DNA of 64,000 nucleotides from Macrostomum lignano (GCA_002269645.1 NIVC01000080.1:1-64000), one strand, 5' to 3'. Shown: positions 37,351-49,895, numbered from the stretch's first letter. Notes: generated by a model not told the origin, from the letters alone. Program-made: numbers and translations.

Positions 37351-40300
37351 ATGTCGGGATCTCGCCACTTTGCTGAAGCAGCCCGCAAAATTGTTTACAA
37401 ATCCGACCGCGGCGCCAAAGCCAGAGAAGAGCGATGGAAAGCGCGTTGCCTGATGGAGCAGCAGCAGAAAAAGCAGGAACAGGAGGAGCAAGAAAAGCAG
37501 CAGCAAGAGCAGCTCAAGAATCTTGCTTTAGAAATGGGATTTCTACAAGATAGAGAAGACCAGAAGAAGCCAGATGACACAGAAAAGAAGCCTCAGATTC
37601 GGGACCAGAATGAAATGGCCTGCGCCTGTGGAGAACGATGTCGATTCTCCGTTGTTCTGGCAAATTTGTCCAGGTAAATTTGGTCTCAGCTTTTGTTTGT
37701 ATATTTAGATTGTCAATGTCACTGTCTATACGCTAGAAAACCGCATTTTTACATAAAAAGGTTTGCGACTATTGACTACCAATCTATAAATCTAGCCACA
37801 ACAATAAGCCTAACTCTAACATTGAGCAAAACCTAATCTCGAACCTGACAAATCCTAACCCTAACCTTAACCCTAAACCAAACCTAAACCATCGCCAATA
37901 AAATAACAGTATCCTATACATGAACCTTGTGTGTTAGAGAACAAGAAATCGCAGCCTGCACATGCAGTGCAGTGTGTGCTGTTGCGTTCTCATCCGATTG
38001 TCGCGTAGTGCAGGTCGGCAGACCGGGATGGCGCCATCCTTGAGTCGGATTGATATGGTTGATGCAAGGCTTCCTGCAGACTGATGTTGGAAGTCTGCAG
38101 CAGTGTGCGCCTGAGTTGCTCAGAGTGACTGCCGGCGACGACCTGATCTCGGATGAGCGAGTCATGCAGATTAGAAAATTCGCAGCTTTCCGCCGTCTTG
38201 TAGAGCCGACTGACCCATGCATCAATGCTCTGATTCGGCTGCTGAACTCATACCGTGAGAAAGCCACGCAGTTTCGACAGTTAAAGTAGTCTTTGAATGC
38301 CTTGATAAGTTGATCGATGGTCTCTCCTGTGTTGGTCATTTGCTTGTAGAGTTTGGCCAGTTCTTTGCCGCCCGTGTAGAGCAGGACTTGTCTTATCTGG
38401 GCCGTGTCCCTGACGCCCGAAGCGGGAATAAAGCGCAGGAACCACGAAGACCAATTCTTCAACCGTGATGCGAGCGTGTGCGATTCTCTGAGGGGAGGGG
38501 AGGGCAGTGCGTTTATTAGATAGGGCACCCAGTCCAGAAGCAGCACAATAAGAAATAGTGCTAGTGTGTCACAGAACTCTAGACGAGGTGTGAGGCGTCC
38601 GTGGTACACAATGTGATGGCGTCAATCAGCTGCTGTGAGCCTTGATAGGCCCACAGAACGCTCACAGCACCGAGTCAAAAGCTTTTCGGAAGTCAATAAA
38701 GACAATGATAGCGTCGATTGCATCTTCTCAATGACGCAGCGGAGCGCTGATGTGTTCCTTATTACCCGACTTTCGATAATCAAGGAACAATCACTTCTAG
38801 CTCAGTAGCTAGGCAACCCAGTAAGTCAACAGAAGGTATTCAATTACCTTGAGTCCTTGGAGATATCTCTTCGATGTAGTTCTCGTGTAGATCTCGTTGT
38901 CTTCAGTAGTCCAGTTGACTCTCGATTGTAGATCGGGTCCGAATCTTCGTTTCTTCTTCTAGTATTTCCGGCCGGATTCTAACGCTCGGACCAATGGGAA
39001 GCTTCCGAATTAACAATGGGTACCCTGCGCCGAACTGCGGTCTGAATTAAGCCTTCTTCTTCTAGTAGTGCCTCTCTGCACTCTAGGTATTGCTCCGGCT
39101 ATCTCTAGTAGTTCCTCTAAGATCTACTAGGGTAGTCCTTGGGGCGACTACTGCCAATGGAGTCTCAACAGACCCAAAAGTCTCAACAGACTTGAACGAG
39201 ACGTCTCTTACAACAACTGGCGCAAATAAGAAAGGCTTACCGCAACACTTGACCAAGTCTTTCGTTCGATTGGTGAATCAGGAAGTCTCGCTAAGGGCTT
39301 CCTCTTCGGAGCGCTCCTCTTCCGTGGGGAGAATGACTCCGGTACCGCTTCAGATCGCTTGTATTTATAGGCAACTTTTTGATCCGAAATAGCATCATGA
39401 CACGCACTTGTTGCGCTAAAAGGGGAAAATGGCTCATTGCGTATTATTTTCGTAACATCTTTTCTTGGTAACATGATTCATTCAAAACTTAGACGCACAT
39501 GCGTGTACTTACTTACTTATAGTAGTATTATACGATTATCTTCTTTTTTCCTTTTTAACGGGAGGTAGAACACTCTACAGCGCGAGGATCTAGGTCACCG
39601 TACCGTGTTGCAGCCAGAACCCGTTCTGCTCATAACGGCGGTGCGGGTCCAGCACAGACTGCAGACAATCGAGCAGCAGCCGGTTAAAAAGCTTTGCGGT
39701 ACAATACATATGTGCGCTGTGTTCCAGTAGGTGGTATCAGGGGCCCAGTAAGAATCAGGTTTATTACGCTCCCTAGCGTCTTGCCACATGGTGTTCTACG
39801 AGCGAACCGCACCACGTCCTGGGTGTGGTTCAGCGTTTCCTGTAGAGCGAGAAGCCAATGGTCAGCGCTTTTTGCGCCTACTCAAAGTCCACACTGCACG
39901 GCCCGTAACGCCGATCTGACTTCAGTGATGGACCGGCGCGTCGTCGTCGACAGCGTCCAGCTGCCGCTAGTTCAAGGCGTGCAAAAGCTTCCTCAACGTT
40001 GCCCGTGGGCCATCGGTTTTTCGTGAGGAGTTCGCTGGGAGAGGTGCCTGTATTCGAATGCGGCGTGACCCTGTAGGCGAAGAGAAAGCGTTGCAAAGCA
40101 GCGGCGGAGTGACCGGATTTCCTGATGTGCAGCTTCAGTGTTTGTACAAATCTTTCAGCTTGACTGTTCGTAGCAGGATGGTAAGGCGCCGACGTAACAT
40201 GCCGAATGCCGTTGCTGCGTGTAAAGCTTGCGAATTCCCTGGAAATGAACTGAGGCCCGTTGTCAGAGACAATAATTCTTGGTAGGCCCAGACGGCTGAA

Positions 40301-43300
40301 GATTTCACAGAGATGTGCGATGGTGCTGTCTGCTGAAGTATCCTTAACTAGACGAACCTCGGGCCATTTGCTGTGAGCGTCTATGATGACCAGGTAGACT
40401 CGCCCATTAACAGGACCAGCTAAGTCGACGTGAATTCTGCTCCAAGGTTCGCTGGGAAATATCCAAGGATGCACCGGAGCTTTGGCTGGATCAGACTGGT
40501 GAGCCTTGCAGGTTTCGCATGTTCTAGCCAACTGCTCCAAGTCCTTGTCCAGCCCTGGCCACCAAACAAAGCTGCGTGCCAGGGCTTTCATGCGACTGGC
40601 ACCGGTTTGAGCCAAATGGAGTTCCTGTAAAACGGCCTTGCGCAGGGCTTCCGGGATTATAACGCGAGTCCCCCAGAGTAAGCAGCCGGCTTCGATGGTA
40701 ATCTCGTTTTGCTGATGAGCGAACTCTGGAAATTCTTTGCCGGATAGTCGCTCTCCGGATTGCAGGAGTCGAAGCAGCTTGGACAGTATAGGGTCAGCCA
40801 GAGTTGCTTTGGCGACAAAAGCCGCAGTCACAGCAATGGAAGAGTCCTCCTCGAGCGTGAGCGAGTGCACCGCCTCTTCCTCAATGAAGTTCCCTTTTAG
40901 AGGCAATCGAGAAAGAGAGTCGCAATTGCTGTGCTTCTGGGTGGGCCTGAACTCCATGGCGTACCGGTATCCAGATAGACGGATGGCCCATCGCTGCATC
41001 CTGGCAGCCGCACGTGTCGGAATCTCTTTGTCTGGGCCCAGCAATCCCAGCAGAGGCTGATGGTCAGTGACAACCGTAAAGTGCCGACCATAGAGGAATT
41101 GATGGAAGCGTTGGACACCGTAGATTATGGCTAGTGCCTCTTTATCCAGCTGAGAAAAGTTTCGCTGGGCTGAAGTCAGCGACTTGCTAGCAAATGCGAT
41201 CGCATGATCCTGACCGCCCACCCGGTCACTGAGAACCACGCCAATGCCGTACGCGGAAGCGTCGCACTCGAGACGAATCGGCAGATTTGGATCAAAGTGC
41301 ATCAGAGCTTTTGATTCGAGCAGCATTCGCTTCGATGCTTCGAAGGCTTCATTCTCGCGGTCGCCCCAAGCCAGCTGACGCCCTTCGACAAGAGCTGATT
41401 AAGTGGCAACACGACTGATGCCAGGTTGGGAAGAAACTTGGCGTAATGCGTCAGCATTCCCAAATAGGATCGCAGCTGAGACACATATTTCGGAGCCGGC
41501 GCGTTCTGAACGGCTTCGACCTTGCTCTCGAGCGGCCGCAGCCCGTGTTGGTCAATTCGGTGGCCCAGATAGTCGATGGAGTCTTGGAAGAAAGCACACT
41601 TGGCGACGTTGAGACTCAGTCCGGCCTTTGAAGCTTGTGCAGGACTTGTAGCAGATTTTCTTTGTGAGCCGCCTGTGAAGACCCGGTAACCAGGATGTCG
41701 TCCTGATAAACCTGGACGCCGTTGAGGTGCCCGAGTAGACTGTCAAGGATGCGTTGAAAAATTGCACTGGCCGAGCAGATGCCGAATGGCAGGCGGTTCA
41801 CCTTGAACAGTCCACGTTGAGTGTTGATAACGAGGTACTGTTTGCTGTCTTCTGATATTGGGAGCTGCCGAAATGCTTTTGCCAGGTCGAGTTTGCTCCA
41901 TTTGTGGCCGCCACCCAGTCTCGCAAATAAATCTTCGATCCTCGGCAGTGGGTAGTGCTCTTGCTTTGCGACCTGGTTGAATGTGCACTTGTAATCTCCG
42001 CAGATTCGTACAGAACCGTCTTTCTTTACTACTGGCACAATGGGGGCAGCCCATCGAGAAGTCGCTATTGGAGTAATGACCCCTTCTGATTCCATGCACT
42101 GAAGCTCTAAATCGACGGTCTCACGCAGAGCATAGGGAATCGGTCGCGCCTTGTAAAACCTTGGCGTAGCATTTTCTTGTAAATGAAGATCGACTTCACT
42201 GAGGCGATACTTACCGAGACCCTCGGCGAGGACATCCGGAAACTGACGGACAAGCTCAGTGGCCATATCGTTAGGTGCTGCGATCAACGAGTTGACGGGT
42301 GCTGTTAAGCGAGGCCAGTCTAGGCGGATGACAACAACAACAACAACAAGGTACTGCTCCCGCCGGCCACGCAGTAGCCAGAAAGGGGGGAGCAGTCAGA
42401 AAGCGCGTCTCTGGGCCATTGCCCTCAGGAAGTCGCATCCCCCTGCTTGGTCCGGTGCGCCAGCGTCACTCAGAAGTCGGTCAGGGTATCGCACCGTTCG
42501 CCCTTGGCCTCGCCTCCGCGGTCCTTGCAGCTTGAGCAGCAGCACGTCGTGTAGCGGCTCAGGACAGCGGGCCTCCGACCGGATGACGTGGCCAGCCAGT
42601 CGAAGTCGCCGCCCGCGCAGCAGGTCAGAAGGCCGCGTCAGGCGCGCCCTAGTGTAGAGCGCGGCATTGGTCTCGCTGCCTGGGCCGCTGCGCACTCCGA
42701 AAGCCGCACGCAGCATTGCCGCATGCGCAGCGTCCAGCTGCCTCTCCAAGGCGTCCGTCAGGGTCCAAGTCTCGGCGTTGTACAACAGGACAGTCTCGAC
42801 GACTACCTCAAACAGCCGAGCCTTGAGCCCGTCGTCCAGGGCCTCAGATTGGAGCACGGAGCGCACAGATCGAAATGCGGCCCAGGCCAGTCCTCGTCGT
42901 CTCTTCAGGTCGTCGGCAACGTCCGGCACGGAACCGCCGAGGTACACAAAGCGCTCGCAGCGGGTAAGCATAAATGCATTCCCGGCAGCGTCTCGGTAAT
43001 TGATCTCGGCCGGCAAGTCGGAGGGCACCGTGAACACTACCGTCTTCCGCGCGTTCAGCTTAAGGCCGACCCGCGACGCTGCCGCCGTCAGGCCATCAAG
43101 CAGCCGCTGGGCACCTTCAGCCGTCGATGAAAGTAGCGCGAGGTCGTCCGCGTAGCCGAGAACGGAGAGCCGCTTCTCCGGGTGCCGCCGACTCGTGCAT
43201 CTTCTCAAAAGGAAGCCGTCATCCAGGTTGGGCAGGCCGGTTCTCAGCACCCAGTCCAGTGCCAGCACAAACAGAAAAGGCGCCAAAGTTTCACCCTGCA

Positions 43301-46300
43301 GCACGCCTGACGACGTGCTGAATTGGTCTGACAGTCCATCTGGCGTCATCACCGAAGCGGTCGTGTCCTGGTACATCGCCATGATGGCGGAAATCAGTTG
43401 CTCCGGTACATTGTACGCACGAAGCACGAGAGGCAGCGCGCCGCGAGCCAGCGAGTCGAAGGCCTTGAGGAAGATCACCACGAGACTTGACTGATGGATG
43501 CGCGCCTCCTCGATGATGCGGCGGAGGGCTAGGATCTGCGTCACTGTGCCGCGATGTGGGCGGAACCCGTTCTGCTCAGTTCGCAGGAACTGGTCCAACA
43601 CAGGCTGTAACCGAGCCAGCAGCACCCGGTTGAACAGCTTCGCGGCGCAGGACATAAGCGAGATCCCCCTGTGCTCCTCCTTCCGTGTCGTGCCTGGCTT
43701 CTTCGGGATCGCGACGATGTGCGCGGTTGTCCACTCGCGGGGCGCGGCATCTCCAGAAAGGACACCGTTCATCACACGAGCCACCTCAATGGCGACCCTT
43801 GTGACTCGCAGCACCTCGATAGGCACCTCGTCCGGTCCCGGGGCGCGACCTCCCGGCGCCTGGCGAGCGAACTGCACAACGTCGTTGCTGGTCACTGGCT
43901 GGGTGTTGAAATCTTCCTGCGACGGCAGCGCCGTCTCGAGCGGCAGTGGCATCACTTCTGGCAGAGGCGGTGGCGGCGCGTTGACGATATCGGCGAAGAA
44001 GTCGCGTAGCTCATTTCTGCGCGCTTCTGGCGTGTCGCCGGTCAAGTTTGACGGTTAGCCAGTTGCGTCCCAGGAGTCGAGCGCTGCCTTCAGACACCAC
44101 CAGTAGCGGCAGAGAAGCTACCTGCCCTTCGTAAGTGACCTTCACTGTTACTTCTCCAATCGGAGAGAACTCCTGGTCCGTTTAGGTTCGCAGAGTCGTC
44201 TTGGACGGATGCAGCCGCAGATGAGACAGATGGGTATCATAGAATGCCTTAGTAACGAGACTTACAGCAGATCCTGTGTCCAGCTCAAAATGAGATTGCA
44301 CTTCCTCGATTTGCAGAGGCACCAGAATCGGGGACATGGAAGTCATTGAGACATTGACTCTTCCTCGTAGTTTTCTTCGTCGTACTGAGACCCGGTTTCA
44401 TTCTTCTCCAGGAGTTTCACAGATTTTGCTGACCTGCAAACCTTCTTAATGTGGCCAACCTTCCCGCAAGCATGGCATTTCGAATTACGGAATTTACAGT
44501 TCTGACGCGAGTGTGGACCTCCACAGCTGTCGCAGGTGCGTGGCTTGAATGCTGATCCAGCGGGACCAGAGTGTTGGCTGATGTTGTACTGTGTTCTCGG
44601 GCGCGCCACTGATGGATTCGCGCTGACTCGATTGGTTGCTGAAGTAAGTATGCGCCATCTCGCTTGACGATTTGTGAGCAGCTTCGAGGTCCAAGGCTAG
44701 TTTGATCAGCCCAGCGTACGAATGATCCGAACTCTCGAGTAGCTTAGAGCGGAAAGTGTCGCTTCTCGTTCCGAACAAAAACTGATCTCGAAGTCGCTCC
44801 TGAAGGGATTTGCCAAATTTGCAATGGTTTGCAGCGTTTTTCAGTCCTGCCAAGAAGTTAGCGAAAGATTCACCATCTTGCTGAAGACGTTGCTGAAATT
44901 TGAAACGTGCAGCGATCTCCGAAGGTTCGGGCGAGCAATGCTTCTTTAGTATGTCCTGCAGCTCTTCGTAGGATTTTTGAGTCAGTTTCTGTGGCTGACA
45001 CAAGTCGCGAAGCAATTTGTAGTACTTCTCACCAATGGCAGTAAGAAAGATAGCACGCTTGGCCTCGGCAGTCTCAACTTTGTTTCCTATGAAATATTGG
45101 TTCATGCGTTCAGCGTAGATTTCAAGGTCTGATTCAGCAGAAAGTTCTGGAATTTGGCCAAAAGTCCTCGTCGCCACTGTGATGGATTGAGATTGAGACG
45201 AAGCGATTGAATTGGCTTGAGTCGCAAGTTGTAAACATCGTTTCTTAACTTGACGCGTTGGTCCTTTATATTGTATTATAGAACGATGTACATTGCGAAG
45301 AAGTATAAATAGAAATCGATCAGCTCAGTGGAGGGGGAGGGTCTAAAATGGTAAGCTAAAATCGAGCAGCCAAATGCACAAAGCAGTACAGTTCAAATCG
45401 GTATAAGATAGCCAATTCACAGGTTGGCGTTCTCGCGTCCGGTGACAAAGGCCGAGCGTTTGTGATTCCACAAATAATGCGTTTAGGTCTCAGAGCACCA
45501 CCAGCGTGTCCCCGCTGGGCACTTTCTCCTGCTGCCCACGCTAGTGCTTCCTATGGGTGAGTCGTTGGCTAAGCGCAAAAAGCTGGATGCAGCCAGCACA
45601 CAGGTGCAGGTCGACTCTCAACTGGCGTGGGGACAGCGACACCCAGTGCCGAATGCGATGTCCGATCCGAATGCAGTTGTCGGCCAAAAGTGCGCACCGG
45701 CCTTCCGACTTTTTCTACCCTGCAATCGCTTCTCGCATCTTGTTCATTTGGCCCAAGTACAACAGAAACATAAAACGCTTAAAACTTACCGGGTTCTAAC
45801 ACCTTGGATACAGAGTCTGAGAAGTAGACTGAAGTCCTGTACTTTTGGGTCGTAAGCAGAGAACATATTGCTCGCATATAATAAATAATTAAATTTGCGA
45901 TAATTAATAATTCATAATCAATTAAAAGATTCCGTGACATCGCTCCCTTCTGGTCCTTGATAGGACCTAAAATTTTTGTATGCAAATAACACTAATGAAT
46001 TATTCTTTATTCAACACTCCACCCTCCAAAACGTTAAGAGTGCTGTGGATGGCTTACGAAGAGTACGAGCTGCTTCACGCATGCTACACCGATCTGTTCG
46101 CCGATCCGAGGCGTCGCAACTGCGAGGCCAGGGTGAAGTCTTACTGGCGCACGTTCGTGCTCAACGCTAAACCGTCGGAGCCGCACAATCATGCCGAACG
46201 TCTGTGGCGTCTGACTGAATTGGAACGGGAGGAACACCTGGCTGAGAAGGCGCGACTGCCCGTTGATCCGGTTTGGCCCATGGTTTTTTAATTCTATGGC

Positions 46301-47874
46301 GATTCAAATCATATCAAATCCACGAGCTTTGATAAAACCTAATGACTGCAATTACACCGGGAAGCTGTGAACGATTTAAATAATTTACTTGATTACACAA
46401 TCAGTCGAACGAGCCAAATATCTGGTGCTTACTATGTTTAGAGTAGTACATCATCATTTAGTCTTGAGTTGCTTCTCGTATGCATGCATGGAAAGTACGA
46501 GAAGAAACGAATGTGTTTGATTGTACTTTGATTCGCATGATGAGGGAAAAATTTTTGAAGACCCGCAATTGCAAAATACAGTTTATTATAGTCCTCTAAA
46601 GTTCAATAAATGTAAAATTTCTTTAAAATTATTGTGTTACCATCGAAAAAACCCACCAAAAGTACGTCTAGAAAATGACACAAAAATGCAGAATTTTCTT
46701 GTTTGCCAGTCTCCGGTGGAATTTCTAAAATAAGTAGGATGACGACAAACCTTTGAATCAAAATAGGGCAAAACACATGCTTTATTTTAAATTTGAATCT
46801 TCAGAAGCTGAGGCATTATCAACTTAGTAAAAAAAACTATTTATTTCCTATCTGGCAAATTTTGCAGCGGAGACTGGCTTCCAGAGAAAATCCATCGATT
46901 TTCAAGTGCAGGGTCCTGCTGCTTTACCTGTGCATGTATGCTTTATTCATGATCGTGAATATTCGTGGTCGTTGCTGAAAGAATCATTACTGACTGGATT
47001 TAACCAATTTTCTCAGGATTTCACCTTCCCATTAACTGTCGATCAGGTTGCCCCGCTGCGTCGCCCGATATTGGCCACATTGCTGGACCCATTCGGCTAC
47101 GTGAAATGCCGCTGTGTTCACTGCGCCTACCTGGACGCCGTCATGGACTATCGGGTGGCGCTGTTTGGCTTACTGACCGAGTACTGCGAGCTTTTTGAGG
47201 ACTACTCCAGGCTGGTGTGGTCCTCTAGTGCTGAGGTGCTAATAAGCGGGTTTGCTTTTTATATATAAGTGTATTTTAGTTTAAAATCTATTGATTTAAC
47301 GTTTCGATTCGATTCGTTTTTCCATCAACCATCCTGTCATAAATTGCTCATGGACAACTATGATAGAAGAAGTCTAAACTCGCAAATTTCATGATTTTTA
47401 CTGTGGTTTTTGCTGCAAAATTAATTTGCGAGATACGAATTTTTCAAGGAAAGTTTTGCAATTAATTAATCTTTTATAAAACTTTTTTGCTTCTATCTGG
47501 GAAAATCTTTTTTTAAACTAGTTTCCCCCACTGAACGTTGTTTATGGTTCATCTAGAATGCACAGTAAAATGGTGAATAAAAATATTTTTGCTTGGTGGG
47601 TGGAACTTTTGACTGTTGTTGGATATATTATTAAGATTTCCTGGATCTGGATCAGTTGGGCGGATACTAAATCAATATACCCAAATCATGGTAAAAATCT
47701 CATTCTTTGCAGTTCAACGAAGACGACCGCGAAGTGACTCTATACACCACGGCAGTGGACCGGCAGATGTTCAAGCTGACTATGAGCGAACTTTACACTG
47801 CGATGTCGTTTGAAGGCGAGACGGAAAATGTTATGAAAGGATTGGAACTAATGAACAAATTAATTTATCGGTAG
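37351..47874 (+). CDS. Uncharacterised multi-exon protein whose first intron contains the retroelement nest
   Basis: Exons 37351-37673 (donor GTAAAT), 46039-46282 (weak AAG acceptor and weak donor), 47017-47214/47235 and 47713-47874 are phase-compatible and read as natural protein, e.g. [10 protein letters not shown] and [11 protein letters not shown]. Confidence 0.5.
37850..37890. repeat. Degenerate (CCCTAA)n interstitial telomere-like tract
   Basis: CCTAACCCTAACCTTAACCCTAAACCAAACCTAAACC. A similar short tract lies at ~16580-16600. Confidence 0.5.
37990..38500 (-). mobile_element. Ty3/Gypsy gag relic (second element)
   Basis: [32 protein letters not shown], then after a frameshift [32 protein letters not shown] short [13 protein letters not shown] piece resembles the RT N-terminus. 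Confidence 0.72.
38505..39726 (-). mobile_element. Old RTE RT-domain relic split by a solo LTR
   Basis: [30 protein letters not shown] (39726-39580) resumes after the LTR as [34 protein letters not shown] (38747-38505). This follows the order of the intact RTE ORF. Confidence 0.8.
38748..39579 (-). mobile_element. Solo LTR, 832 bp
   Basis: TG...CA ends with imperfect IR (TGATGTGTTC / GAACACTCTACA). 4-bp TSD GCGC at 38744-47 and 39580-83. Removing it restores RTE codons I-L-A-L-R-C. TATAAATA on the minus strand near 39362-39369. Confidence 0.82.
42333..44048 (-). mobile_element. 5'-truncated RTE LINE inserted in the Gypsy pol
   Basis: 549-codon RT ORF 44045-42396 ([26 protein letters not shown]). 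(TTG)n tail. 4-bp duplication TGAC at 42329-32 and 44049-52. Excision restores Gypsy WLTVIRLDW. Confidence 0.93.
45166..45176 (-). promoter_or_regulatory. Putative primer-binding site of the Gypsy element
   Basis: TGGCGACGAGG lies one base after a CA dinucleotide (candidate 5' LTR end at 45178). TATAAA at ~45265-70 lies upstream. Confidence 0.6.
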
Positions 47875-48500
47875 TGCAGTCGAGCTACTGTTTGGTGAAC
47901 AACTAAAGCTTGGAGGGATATTGCTAGTGTTATCGCTGACCGCTGTGTTGCTAGGGAATTTTTATGGAAAACGTGAACCAAAGTTTTCTTCATAAGCAGC
48001 AAAAACTTTCTTCTTTGTAATTAAAATATAACACGCTAGGATACTCTGGGGTTGTTTTCTAATTTTAGCACAGGATTGTTGTTCATAAAGTTTCAAGTAA
48101 ACGCACAGTCAAGTATATAAAGCACTAAATTCGATCGTATATGATATTAGTCAAAGACTTTCATGTTTTCACGAGTGCAAAGCTCAAACCAAAGATTCAT
48201 CATCGTGCGTACGTGCAAAATTGCATCAACTTTAGTGACCCAAAGAGGCCCAGAGAAGCAGAAAAGATGTAGGAGTATGAGAGAAAGAAAGAAAAACAGA
48301 GTGCACAAATTTAGTCCCTCTGTCACTATTCTATGCAAAGCGCCAAAAGGTACGCTGCCTGCTGTACATACAGCCAGTTGTACCCACGAAAGCGAACAGA
48401 AGATAGAATGGAGGCAGAATATACTTTCACGCACTGGCTGACAAGAAGCGTTGCTAAGATTTCAAATTAAAGCGAGAGAAGCATTATACAGCCTTACTAT

Positions 48501-49895
48501 ATGTCTTCAACAAGATCTGCAGGAAAATATCTCAATTCGTATTTAATGTTGAAGGCAAATGAGATGAAAGACAAAGACGATGTCTCCGATGAGTCTCCAG
48601 TGGCTGGGGAGGCACCCACCGCGCAGATATTCAGTATCGATGGAGCAATGCTGGATGCAGCGGAAGCCGCTCTTTCACAGGCGAGATCGCGGGTAAGAGA
48701 AATTCGATGTCTTGCATCATCATCATCGATCTCGCCAAATCAGCAGGGACTTCTGCTGAACTGGACTGAGCATTTAAAAAGTCACTTGACGGATGGCCTG
48801 CGAAATTCAGTTGGAGCTGCAGCTCTGTCAGATAGCAAAATGCCTGAATCGAAACTGGTGGCGCGAGTCTCTCTGGTCCAGTCAGCAGTTGACGGCTTCG
48901 TTGCCATATCAGCCTGTCACGTAGAATGCACTGAGGGCTACGAAAGCGATGCTGGAGGAAGCATTTTTGAGACTAGTGCATCAGCGACCCGCATTGAGCC
49001 CCGGCCCTTGCCAGGCTCCTGCTTGGCCGTCTTGATGACTCCTAGGGAGTTCCGGCGACGAAGTGCTTGCACTGGTAGGATTGTTTTCTGCCCATACCCG
49101 GCCCAACATAATTACTCGAAGCGTTTTCTGCTGATGTCTCACACTGGAGGTAGCGAACTGAACGATCGGCCTCTCCGAATAACAGCTTGTCCGGCTGCTC
49201 CGCAACTCTTCATGCTGACAGCTACTCAGCAGAGACGGCTTTGTGTCAGACAGTGTGGCTTAGATGGTGCTTGCCTGCAGTCGGCAGAGCTCAAAGACTT
49301 TTTTCACGGCATTGAGCAACCAAACTCACCGGACCCATCCAGTGACGAAGCCTCAGAACTTGACAAAGATCGATGCTACGAAGAAGATGCTCGAATAGAA
49401 GCAGATTCGAAATATATTGTAGTGTTCCACGGCGGGTCCAAAGCATCTACTACCAGGCACGTTCCTCAGGTGGTTGTTCTGCTGGATCGAACCAGCCTGC
49501 GAGTTTTGCAACGATTGCAGCTACCACAGGAGTCGTGGGCTCTCCATGCCACGCCAAGATTACTTTGGCTTCGTCATGGGGGTCAGCTAAAGCTGGTGAG
49601 CCAAACAAGTCGCCGAGTTGGACACGAGTGGGCCGAGGCAGATTGCTTCGGGCCCGGTGGGCTGTTCTACGCGACAGACGCGACTGAAGTGGTCGCCAGA
49701 AGCCAGTGCCGGGACAGCGTGTGGCTTGCGGTAGCAAGCGAGAACAGCGTTCGATTGTTCGACATACAGATGCGCCCTGTGTCTCGAATCTCGTTGCGTT
49801 ATCCAACAGCCGTTTGCTGCTGTGAAACTGGTGATGGTCGGATTCTGGCAGTTTGCGATGCGGCCGCTCATGAATTGCTGCTGTTTCGATTGTAA
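48501..49895 (+). CDS. Uncharacterised 464-aa protein with a helical N-terminus and possible beta-propeller (NHL-like) C-terminus
   Basis: Long GC-richer ORF between AT-rich flanks. C-terminal beta-strand-like repeats VWLAVASENSVRLFD and RILAVCDAAAHELLLFRL*. The domain call is by eye only. Confidence 0.65.
   Translation: MSSTRSAGKYLNSYLMLKANEMKDKDDVSDESPVAGEAPTAQIFSIDGAMLDAAEAALSQARSRVREIRCLASSSSISPNQQGLLLNWTEHLKSHLTDGLRNSVGAAALSDSKMPESKLVARVSLVQSAVDGFVAISACHVECTEGYESDAGGSIFETSASATRIEPRPLPGSCLAVLMTPREFRRRSACTGRIVFCPYPAQHNYSKRFLLMSHTGGSELNDRPLRITACPAAPQLFMLTATQQRRLCVRQCGLDGACLQSAELKDFFHGIEQPNSPDPSSDEASELDKDRCYEEDARIEADSKYIVVFHGGSKASTTRHVPQVVVLLDRTSLRVLQRLQLPQESWALHATPRLLWLRHGGQLKLVSQTSRRVGHEWAEADCFGPGGLFYATDATEVVARSQCRDSVWLAVASENSVRLFDIQMRPVSRISLRYPTAVCCCETGDGRILAVCDAAAHELLLFRL

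Larger units (their letters stand above)
39745..45180 (-). mobile_element. Ty3/Gypsy LTR retrotransposon (Mag-like), frameshifted, interrupted by an RTE; 3' LTR not found
   Basis: gag 45177-44343 with knuckles [13 protein letters not shown] and [14 protein letters not shown]. Protease [11 protein letters not shown] with YQDDILV. RNase [24 protein letters not shown]. Integrase HLAQ..CETC, HVDLAGP, SDNGPQF, QAERFV. Order is PR-RT-RH-IN. Confidence 0.93.

Noticed and set aside
39541-39558. Polypurine tract for the Gypsy element
   Set aside because: It lies inside the solo LTR defined by the GCGC TSD and is not followed by TG.
42588-44058. Long plus-strand ORFs overlapping the RTE, Gypsy, 48.5-kb and EGF genes
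   Set aside because: These are antisense shadows of GC-rich coding sequence with no independent motifs.
45541-45553. 12-nt micro-exon (CTAG|TGCTTCCTATGG|GTGAGT) in the plus-strand gene
   Set aside because: It is phase-compatible but easily occurs by chance. It needs RNA evidence.
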